From: an uncultured Eubacteriales bacterium
GTDB lineage: Bacteria; Bacillota; Clostridia; Oscillospirales; Acutalibacteraceae
Direction of reading: 5' to 3'
DNA length: 38,189 bases
Assembly: GCA_934615635.1 (NCBI GenBank)
Contig: CAKTTT010000001.1
Location: 1-38,189, forward strand
Shown: positions 1-6,818 of the stretch, in pieces
Layout: each line of letters begins with the position of its first letter
Numbering within the stretch: position 1 is the first letter of the stretch
Notes under the pieces: generated by a model
Told to the model about the DNA's origin: nothing
Database searches by the model: none
The model's input: only the letters and a program-made list of their open reading frames with translations
Program-made: the position numbers and the translations under genes

Positions 1-34
1 ATAGGCTAACAAAGCGCCTATATTGTACCAGAAA

Positions 35-66
35 GCCCGGTAAATATCAAGTACCGGGCATTTTTG
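35..66 (+). terminator. Rho-independent terminator-like hairpin upstream of the integrase gene
   Basis: 8-bp stem GCCCGGTA (35-42) / TACCGGGC (52-59) with a 9-nt loop, followed by A-TTTTT-G (60-66). Confidence 0.5.
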
Positions 67-91
67 CGCCCGGAAATAGGAGGCTGGTACA

Positions 92-1291
92 ATGGCAACA
101 GTGCAGCGCCGGGGAGATACCTACCGTATCACCGCTTCGGCAGGGTATGACACAGAGGGGCGGCAGATACGAAAAAGCATGACCTGGAGGCCCGCTCCCG
201 GTATGACCGAACGTCAGATTGCTAAAGAGCTGGAGCGGCAAAAGGTGTTGTTTGACGAGCAGGTGAAGGGCGGATATTATAGCGGAAACATCAAATTCCA
301 GGATTTCGCGGAACAGTGGTTCCGGGACTACGCAAAAGATAATCTGCGCACCCGCACCATAACGGAATACCGCAAGCTGACAAAGCGACTATATGCCGCC
401 CTTGGCCATATACGTCTGGATAAGCTCAAGCCCCGACACCTTGTGGAATTTTACCGCCAGCTTGCCGAACCGGGCCAGAATAAGCGCACAGGCGGCGGCT
501 TGGCTCCTAAATCCATCTTACATTATCACACCATGATTTCATCCGTTTTGGACAGGGCGGTCAAATGGGGAATGATACCGGAAAACCCATGCAAGAAGGT
601 TGATCCGCCCAAGGTCCCGAAACATCAAATTGAATGTCTCGACGATATGCAGGCCGCTGCCTTTCTGGCAGGAATGGAAGCGGCGCCGCTGGAAGATAAG
701 GCGCTGTTTACCTTGGCATTATATACCGGTATGAGGCGCGGGGAGCTGCTAGGGCTGGAATGGCCGGACGTTGACTTTGACACCGGCGTTATTTCCATCC
801 GGCGAACCTCCCAATATGGCGGGAAGGAGCTGGGCACCTATACCGACGGCACGAAAACCGAACAATCCCGACGGAGTATCCGCGTCACACAGCACGTTAT
901 TGATCTGCTGAAATCCTATAAAGCCGATCAAGCGGCGCGGCGGCTTCTCCTCGGGGACGCATGGGCGGCGGAGTGGACCGAACATCCCCGACTATTCACC
1001 AACCAGGACGGGCGGCCCATGTCCCCGAGTACGCCGCTGAACCGCTTGCGGCGTTATCTGGACAAGCTGGGCCTGCCCCCGGTATCCCTCCACAGCCTCC
1101 GACACACAAACGCCACCCTGCTCATACAACAAGGGGTAAGTGTCCGGGCGGTATCCGGGCGGCTCGGACACAGTCAGACCAGTACCACCATGAACATCTA
1201 TGCGCACCAGCTCCAGAGCGCCGACGCAGCGGCGGCGGAAGCTCTCGACCTTGCGTTGAATGGGGGAGGGGAGAGCAAGAAGCAAGCCTAA
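92..1291 (+). CDS. Site-specific tyrosine recombinase (phage-type integrase)
   Basis: 399-aa ORF with SD AGGAGG 8 nt upstream. C-terminal catalytic-domain motifs: LYTGMRRGELLGL (Arg I), HSLRHTNATLL (H-x-x-R), GHSQTSTTMNIYAH (nucleophile Tyr region). Confidence 0.9.
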   Translation: MATVQRRGDTYRITASAGYDTEGRQIRKSMTWRPAPGMTERQIAKELERQKVLFDEQVKGGYYSGNIKFQDFAEQWFRDYAKDNLRTRTITEYRKLTKRLYAALGHIRLDKLKPRHLVEFYRQLAEPGQNKRTGGGLAPKSILHYHTMISSVLDRAVKWGMIPENPCKKVDPPKVPKHQIECLDDMQAAAFLAGMEAAPLEDKALFTLALYTGMRRGELLGLEWPDVDFDTGVISIRRTSQYGGKELGTYTDGTKTEQSRRSIRVTQHVIDLLKSYKADQAARRLLLGDAWAAEWTEHPRLFTNQDGRPMSPSTPLNRLRRYLDKLGLPPVSLHSLRHTNATLLIQQGVSVRAVSGRLGHSQTSTTMNIYAHQLQSADAAAAEALDLALNGGGESKKQA

Positions 1292-1293
1292 TT

Positions 1294-1315
1294 TTGGTGT
1301 TTATTTGGTGTTTAT
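1294..1315 (+). repeat. Perfect tandem direct repeat, 2 x 11 bp (TTGGTGTTTAT)
   Basis: Copies at 1294-1304 and 1305-1315, starting 3 nt after the integrase stop codon. Confidence 0.8.
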
Positions 1316-1460
1316 CGTCTCGGATGGCGGAGGCCCACGGGGGCGCAAGCGGGCGGATGGTCAGCGGGCGAACGCTTGAAAAATCTCGGTTTTTCCAGCC
1401 ATGGCACGGCTTGGCGTGTGTCCGGGCTATTTCGACTCCTGTCACTCGGACCATCCCTAC

Positions 1461-1498
1461 GACGGGCAATTCGTAATGAGTTGTCCGTCGCTTTTTTT
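1461..1498 (+). terminator. Rho-independent terminator at the GC-rich to AT-rich transition
   Basis: Stem GACGGGCAA (1461-1469) / TTGTCCGTC (1481-1489): 9 bp including one G-U pair, 11-nt loop, then GC plus T7 (1492-1498). Confidence 0.65.
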
Positions 1499-1556
1499 GT
1501 ACTTTTAAGAGTTTTCGCCGTTGAAGATTATGCCTTACAGCGTTATATCGATAGAC

Positions 1557-1585
1557 TTGACAAGTGTAAACATAAAATATATAAT
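1557..1585 (+). promoter_or_regulatory. Consensus sigma-70/SigA-type promoter for the islet operon
   Basis: TTGACA (1557-1562), exactly 17-nt spacer, TATAAT (1580-1585). The first gene starts at 1628. Confidence 0.7.
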
Positions 1586-1627
1586 GAATACAGAACTAAT
1601 GTTCTAACAGCTTGGGGGTGTAATTAA

Positions 1628-2179
1628 ATGGGAATTCTGGAAGAAATATTTACGGCGGCATTATGGGGAAGGGAGCCACCGGCAGTTCCGAATTGGGTGG
1701 AGTGGATCCACATATCGAGGGGGATGACACATTGCGAGACCTGTTTGAAGCTGGATAAATGCTGGTTTGTGGACGAAAACAAGCCGCTGCTGCCACAGCA
1801 TCCATACTGCCATTGTACGGTGAATCCTTTACCGTTATCCCGTGTTTTAAATGAGGCTCAGTCTGCATGTGATATTCGAAAATTCTCTGAATATATTTTT
1901 CATCCTGAAAACAACAAAGGAAAAAAAGAATTGTTTGAGGGCTGGGGTTATGACAAAACTGATTCGGAGATGTTGCAGAAGGTTTTTGAAAAGCAGGCAA
2001 TAGAAAAGTATATTCAGGGACAGTATGAATTAGGGAAATTGAATGAGCAGGGTCAAAGAATAAACATACGGATAAAACTTGAAAGAAAAAACAACGACGA
2101 AATGGTTACCTTTATATCTGGCTGGATGGTCTGTCCGAATGGAGAAATTCGATTGGTTACACCATATGGAGGTGCATAA
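1628..2179 (+). CDS. Hypothetical protein with a MuF-tail-like Cys/His motif fused to a DUF6883-like C-terminal domain
   Basis: 183-aa ORF with SD GGGGGTG 7 nt upstream. The motif HCETC...LLPQHPYCHCTV resembles the conserved C-terminal C-x2-C / PP-H-P-N-C-R-C motif of Phage_Mu_F (SPP1 gp7) proteins. The C-terminal half (KFSEYIFHPENNKGKKELFEGWGY ... IRLVTPYG) resembles DUF6883 as I remember it. Not searched. Confidence 0.6.
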   Translation: MGILEEIFTAALWGREPPAVPNWVEWIHISRGMTHCETCLKLDKCWFVDENKPLLPQHPYCHCTVNPLPLSRVLNEAQSACDIRKFSEYIFHPENNKGKKELFEGWGYDKTDSEMLQKVFEKQAIEKYIQGQYELGKLNEQGQRINIRIKLERKNNDEMVTFISGWMVCPNGEIRLVTPYGGA

Positions 2180-2180
2180 A

Positions 2181-2390
2181 GTGAAAGAATATGATAGAGT
2201 TGAGTTGATCGTTGAAAAAGAACGCTATGCAAAAGAGGGAGTCCATAAAGGAATGGATGGAATCATATGTGATCCCCGGAAGGTTAATGACACATGGCTT
2301 GTCAGCTTTGACCAATATGGAGATTTGCCTGAAATTGCCTGTATTTCGGTAGAAGAAGAGGATTTGAAGGTCATTCTGGAGGTTAAATAA
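2181..2390 (+). CDS. Small hypothetical protein, paralog 1 (DUF4926-like / SH3-like by recollection)
   Basis: GTG start with SD GGAGGTG 6 nt upstream, 1 nt after the upstream stop. 69 aa. Aligns without gaps to the next gene. An alternative ATG lies at 2166. Confidence 0.6.
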   Translation: MKEYDRVELIVEKERYAKEGVHKGMDGIICDPRKVNDTWLVSFDQYGDLPEIACISVEEEDLKVILEVK

Positions 2391-2416
2391 AGAGCGGTGC
2401 ATATGAGGCAAGTAAG

Positions 2417-2665
2417 ATGAAAGAAATGGACTGTGTTGAAGTTATTGTGGAAAAAGAATGCTATGTAAAAGAGGGCGTTCATAAAGGGATGCAGGGTTGG
2501 ATTTGTGATCCCAACAATATCGATGGTTCTTGGTTGGTTAATTTTCCGCAATATGGAGAAAAGCAAGACATTGCTACCATAGATATTGAGGAAACTGATT
2601 TGAAACTTGTACCTCGCATGGAGGCAAAGAAAAACGAAAGAATACGTGCTTTATTTTCCGAGTAA
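2417..2665 (+). CDS. Small hypothetical protein, paralog 2 (DUF4926-like) with a basic C-terminal tail
   Basis: 82-aa ORF. About 39 of the first 65 residues are identical to the preceding gene by hand alignment (shared core VEKE.Y.KEGVHKGM.G.ICDP....WLV.F.QYG). Confidence 0.6.
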   Translation: MKEMDCVEVIVEKECYVKEGVHKGMQGWICDPNNIDGSWLVNFPQYGEKQDIATIDIEETDLKLVPRMEAKKNERIRALFSE

Positions 2666-2809
2666 AAGGCATGGCTCCTGCATATGGCGTCTGAACAGGA
2701 GAATCTGGTTACTGAGGTATGACTTAGAAATACGCACTCACTTGACCATCTGCAACATACTGATTTATCAGTTTTTCCCAAATCCTATAATTCCACTCCG
2801 GGCAAACAC

Positions 2810-2857
2810 GCAAACATCCGAATCCTTTCCTTATTGGAGATGGGTTCGGATGTTTGC
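2810..2857. repeat. 13-bp perfect inverted repeat (strong stem-loop) with no T-tract
   Basis: GCAAACATCCGAA (2810-2822) / TTCGGATGTTTGC (2845-2857) with a 22-nt loop. GCAAACA also occurs immediately upstream (2802-2808). Confidence 0.75.
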
Positions 2858-3335
2858 TGCTCTAACGGAATCGCTTCGGACCCCATGACGATAACCGGTT
2901 TATTTCGGTAATGTGTCCGCCACATCAAATTCCGGAAAACATAGGCAAAAATCGTCGCATTCGTCACAGCAGCATTCGATCAGCTTTCCATTCTCATCTG
3001 TATGTTCCCCATTACCGGAACAGTCTCTTCCTCCATTACCGGGCGTAAGGATCTTCTCAGTACTGTTATAATCCTATAAATTCTCCTTATATTTCAGATT
3101 GAGTAATTGAATAACTCAATTATGCGACAAACAAGCCGTATAATCAATATTGACCGTTCTTTTTTCATCGGCGTCGTGCTCTTTTAGTCTTTATCTCACA
3201 TTGAAAAAAGATCAAATCAACCATTCTATCTCCTTTTGCGCCATTCTCCGGCATAATTACCATTATTTTCTTCCTGTATGCACTATGTATCTTTCGTTGC
3301 TATTTCACTAAGGACAATTGCATTATGTAGGATAA

Positions 3336-3364
3336 TTCATAAATGTAAGAATATTGGGTACAAT
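3336..3364 (+). promoter_or_regulatory. Putative promoter of the XRE gene
   Basis: TTCATA (3336-3341), 17-nt spacer, TACAAT (3359-3364). SD GGGAG at 3372-3376, ATG at 3384. Confidence 0.35.
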
Positions 3365-3383
3365 AGGATATGGGAGTTGAGGA

Positions 3384-3635
3384 ATGATGTCAAATTCAAA
3401 ACCCGTATCCTTTGAGAATAAAGATAAATATGTGGAGTTGGGCCTGAATATTGCTTTTTATCGCAAACATGCAGGACTGACCCAGGAGGAATTGGCTGAA
3501 CGCGCCGGAATCAGCCGATCCCATTTAAGCGCCATTGAAGCTCCCAACGTCATCCGTCCCTTCTCGCTGGAAATTCTGTTCAACATCGCCACAGCCCTGG
3601 GCGTCAAGACCAGCAGCCTGCTGGAGTTCCGATAA
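3384..3635 (+). CDS. XRE-family (Cro/CI-type) helix-turn-helix transcriptional regulator
   Basis: 83-aa ORF with HTH signature FYRKHAGLTQEELAERAGISRSHLSAIE. SD GGGAG 7 nt upstream. Confidence 0.85.
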   Translation: MMSNSKPVSFENKDKYVELGLNIAFYRKHAGLTQEELAERAGISRSHLSAIEAPNVIRPFSLEILFNIATALGVKTSSLLEFR

Positions 3636-3806
3636 GGCGCTAAATTGCCTTATATGGAAAATAGGGAAATACGGAATCCATGATTGACTGGAACCAACGG
3701 TAAAGGTATACTCATAACGGTAAGGGACTTCCACCAGAAGGACAGTCATGGTCGTCATGCGGCTGGTCTCTTATATCTGTAACGGAGGGATATAGGGGGC
3801 ATTTTT

Positions 3807-4742
3807 ATGCATATCAACATCAACCGACACCTATTTGCCGTTTACTGGGGGCTGTTTTCCAGCGGATATGATCTGATGGACAAGGGCGACCCCTTCATTC
3901 GGCGTATCTGCGACAGGATTGGCCAGGCCGCTGTGCCGCCGTCCGTCGCCTCTTATTTTGCCTTGGCGAGAACCGGCGGAGAGGGAGCCAACCCCTATTA
4001 TCCCCGCGGCTCCGACCTGTCCGCGGCCTGCTTTTTTCAGCAGAAAATCTTGGAGGAATACATTGAGTTTCTCTCTTTCTGCGACTCTCCCAGCCTGCAC
4101 GACCCGGGCTTTCTGCCCTGGATCCTGTCCCTCCCGCCCTTGTTGCGGATTATCGAAGAGAAAGCGGGCTTTGAATCGCTGTTTCAGGAGTACCGCCAGG
4201 AGGCGCTGACCCGGTTCGCCTGTGTCGATGCCGCCATGGAAGAAATCACTGGAGTTTTAAAGGATAACGGCCTTTATCAGGATGTTTTTCTCTGCTTCGC
4301 GCCCAATCTGCTCCAATCTCCTTATCTGGTGGATTACGCGCTGGCGGACAACACCCTCTATATCATTGGCGCGGTTTTTTCCAGGACCGCCGTCCTCCAC
4401 GAATATTTGCATCTGCTGCTGCACGATCGGAAGGCGTTTTTTCTCCAAATGGCGGGAGAAAAAGAGCTTTCCCATTTTGCCGACGCCGCGCTTTTGCGGC
4501 GGCTGGGCTATCTGCCGGACGATTCCCTGTCCAGCCGGGCGCACGCCCTGGAGGATTGCTTTATCCGCAGCCTCTCGGGGGTGCTCGCCGGGGAAAAGAG
4601 CGCAGGAGATTACGTCCGGACTCAGAAGGAGCTGGGGTTCGTCATCCTGCCGGAACTCATGGAGCGGCTGCGCAGCCTGCGCCGGGGAGAACGAGGGCTG
4701 GACGCGTTCCTCCAACAGTTCGAACAGCTCTCAGCCGATTAA
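3807..4742 (+). CDS. Hypothetical protein with an HExxH motif (possible metallopeptidase-like)
   Basis: 311-aa ORF with GC-rich codon usage like the host flanks. Contains HEYLH followed by LLLH. No signal peptide or TM segment is obvious. Family not recognised. Confidence 0.6.
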   Translation: MHININRHLFAVYWGLFSSGYDLMDKGDPFIRRICDRIGQAAVPPSVASYFALARTGGEGANPYYPRGSDLSAACFFQQKILEEYIEFLSFCDSPSLHDPGFLPWILSLPPLLRIIEEKAGFESLFQEYRQEALTRFACVDAAMEEITGVLKDNGLYQDVFLCFAPNLLQSPYLVDYALADNTLYIIGAVFSRTAVLHEYLHLLLHDRKAFFLQMAGEKELSHFADAALLRRLGYLPDDSLSSRAHALEDCFIRSLSGVLAGEKSAGDYVRTQKELGFVILPELMERLRSLRRGERGLDAFLQQFEQLSAD

Positions 4743-4791
4743 CCGCCGCAAAACGCGATGGGAAACCGGCAGCCCGACCGATAAAATATCA

Positions 4792-4830
4792 CTGGCCTTC
4801 GCGGGGAAAACCCGCGAAGGCCAGTTTTTT
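4792..4830 (+). terminator. Rho-independent terminator
   Basis: 14-bp perfect stem CTGGCCTTCGCGGG (4792-4805) / CCCGCGAAGGCCAG (4811-4824), loop GAAAA, T6 (4825-4830). Confidence 0.85.
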
Positions 4831-5452
4831 ATGGTGCTTAAGTGAAATACATCTACCGGGTATACGGGTGAGAAAAATCGCTTTATTCGGTATTGAGGGC
4901 AGCGAAACGACAAGTAAATATCCCGCGGCAAAGCCGACGGTTTTACAAAAAATGCCTGAAAGGCTCTGGTACCGGCCACATCTAAAGATGTGCGAAGACG
5001 CCGGCGCTTGCCGCGCGGCGCTCTCCCCTCTCTCGGTCCAAACGACTTCTATTTCTTCGGGTTTTCCAAAGGAGAAGGGTGCTGCTTGGCACAAGGAGAC
5101 GCATCTCCGCCTGCCCAATTGCGGCCTCTTTCTTTCTATGGACCGCTTAGGCTTTTCCGGAACCCCCGCCTCTGCCGAGAGGTATCCTGGACAATAAAAG
5201 AATGGGAGCAGGAACCTCAATCGGGGAATTGGCGGCCTTAGCGTTGCAGCGCGTGTGGCGCATAAGACGGAATATTCCATGCCTCTTAAGAGGGGACGCT
5301 GGCGCTATGCCCTTCCAGGGCTTTCTCCTACCTCCTGTTTCACTCGTGCTTTTGATTCCGGGCAAGCCATACCGCGTGTTTGATCTTGCCAGAGACGCAA
5401 AGGACTATACTATTTTTATAAATTTATTTTTTGTATACAATCGACAAGCGTC

Positions 5453-6322
5453 TTATATCCAAGCCAGACAACGGCGGAGATTCCTCAGGCCGCAGGCGAT
5501 CGCCTCCAGCGGCTCCTCCATCCCTTCGAACTCCACCCCCACATAGCCGTCGTAGCCGGCCATTTTCAGGCTGGACAGACACTGGGCTACCGGCACCACC
5601 CCATGGCCGATGACCGTGCCCCGCAGATAGTTGCCCGCCCGGGTACGCAGGAATTCCGGGCCCGGGCCGCCCTCGCGTCCGCTTTTGAGGAGGAAATCCT
5701 TGGCGTGAACATACAAAGCGTAGGGGGCGAGCCGTCCCACCGCCTCCTCGGGCGGTTCGTCCGCGCACAGGAAATTTCCCATATCCACCAGCAGCCCGAA
5801 GTTGGGATGCGCCACCCCGTTTACCAGCCGCTCCATCCGGCGGCTCTCCTGACAGAAGGTGCCGTGATTTTCCACCATCGTCCGAATTCCTTTGGAGGCG
5901 GCATAGTCGGTCACCCGGCGGCAGCCCTCGATGAGGACCGGCAGCGCCTCCTCAAATCCCCGGAAACCGCTTCCCTCCGGGATTCCCCAGGCCGCATCGT
6001 GCCGCAGCCCCGCCGCTCCTAGGATGGCGGCGATATCCACCTGCCTCTGCAGCCGGATCGCCTCCGCCTCCGGATTCTTCCCGGAACCGGCCAGAAAATC
6101 GGCTGAGACGGTGTAGTTTACCACCGGAAGATCCAGGCTTCTGCACAAGGAGGCGATCCGCCCCGCGTACTCCTCCCGCTCCATCCCCTCCGGTGGAAAA
6201 AGCTCCATGATCTCCACCCCGTCAAAGCCCATCTCCCTGGCTTGGCGGATACAGTCCAGTTGACTCATCCCGCCGGCGTTGATCAGCCGTTGAAAGCTGT
6301 AGGTGCTAACGGCGATTTTCAT
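5453..6322 (-). CDS. Sugar phosphate isomerase/epimerase (xylose-isomerase-like TIM barrel, AP_endonuc_2 family)
   Basis: 289-aa ORF with a pattern typical of the family: MKIAVSTYSF..., GFDGVEI, MVENHG, LVDMGN, HAKD, VEFEG. Confidence 0.8.
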   Translation of the reverse strand: MKIAVSTYSFQRLINAGGMSQLDCIRQAREMGFDGVEIMELFPPEGMEREEYAGRIASLCRSLDLPVVNYTVSADFLAGSGKNPEAEAIRLQRQVDIAAILGAAGLRHDAAWGIPEGSGFRGFEEALPVLIEGCRRVTDYAASKGIRTMVENHGTFCQESRRMERLVNGVAHPNFGLLVDMGNFLCADEPPEEAVGRLAPYALYVHAKDFLLKSGREGGPGPEFLRTRAGNYLRGTVIGHGVVPVAQCLSSLKMAGYDGYVGVEFEGMEEPLEAIACGLRNLRRCLAWI

Positions 6323-6412
6323 CGCATTCCCCTTCTTTCTATTCGTTTATCCCAATTATCCTTTATCCTGTGCGCCGGGCCTGCCGAACGACTGGATTCC
6401 CACCGCCCCAGA

Positions 6413-6420
6413 GGGGGGGG
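6413..6420. repeat. G8 homopolymer tract in the upstream region of the isomerase gene
   Basis: GAGGGGGGGGAGG; eight G at 6413-6420, about 90 nt upstream of the start at 6322. Confidence 0.9.
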
Positions 6421-6818
6421 AGGAAACGAGTCCTGCTCTTATAAGCGCAAAAATGGCAGCCTTCCGGTGATTCTCCCTCTTCTCTGCGAAAAGGCCGCCC
6501 AAGGGAAAGCGCCGCGGCGGCCTAGCCACATCGGAGGCATTAAAAGCGGAGCCTATCAAAAGGACGCCGCCCCTCGGGCGCTTCCGATACGCCTCCAGAC
6601 TCCCTGCAGCCGTCCCTCTCCCTCATATCGGCCGAAATCTCCTAGCCTCGCCATGGCCCGGCGGCGCGGTGCTCTCCTCCTTCTTCTCCAGGGATCAGGA
6701 GCCTCTGACGGGGAACCGCCTTTTCCCCTCTCCCCGTTGTCCTCCTTGGATTCATCCCGCCGCGCGCCCCCCGTCTCTCCCGGTCTACGCAGGACTTCCG
6801 GGCGGCATCCCCCTTCCA

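Larger units (their letters stand above)
92..3635 (+). mobile_element. Integrase-associated islet with AT-rich cargo; boundaries and att sites not defined
   Basis: A tyrosine integrase is followed by an abrupt drop in G+C from about 1500 to about 3400 relative to the flanks. The cargo has its own consensus promoter and an XRE regulator. No flanking direct repeats were identified by eye. Confidence 0.4.

Noticed and set aside
1320-1460. Possible tRNA or tmRNA 3-prime fragment (TTCGACTCC ... CCA) next to the integrase
   Set aside because: I could not build a T-stem, acceptor stem or any cloverleaf around the T-loop-like string on either strand. It is kept only as a low-confidence idea in the findings and is not called as an RNA gene.
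1376-1627. 83-aa plus-strand ORF spanning the GC/AT transition
   Set aside because: It runs straight through an intrinsic terminator (1461-1498) and the consensus promoter (1557-1585). It has no SD and its composition changes mid-ORF.
2479-2967. Track ORFs of 60-100 aa in the AT-rich spacer (2479-2781 minus, 2607-2888 plus, 2785-2967 minus)
   Set aside because: They overlap the real small paralog gene or run through the 13-bp inverted repeat. They have no SD and implausible composition.
2900-3073. Cysteine-rich stop-to-stop frame on the minus strand (...DENGKLIECCCDECDDFCLCFPEFDVADTLPK), superficially RiPP- or bacteriocin-like
   Set aside because: The frame has no ATG, GTG or TTG start. The nearby strong SD (AAGGAG at about 3083) feeds a different frame. 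No modification, transport or immunity genes are adjacent. It may be a gene remnant.
4556-5546. Track ORFs (213, 163, 83, 114 aa) in the gap between convergent genes
   Set aside because: They overlap each other, are Arg/Pro/Gly-rich, have no SD, and one crosses the strong terminator at 4792-4830. The region is treated as non-coding.
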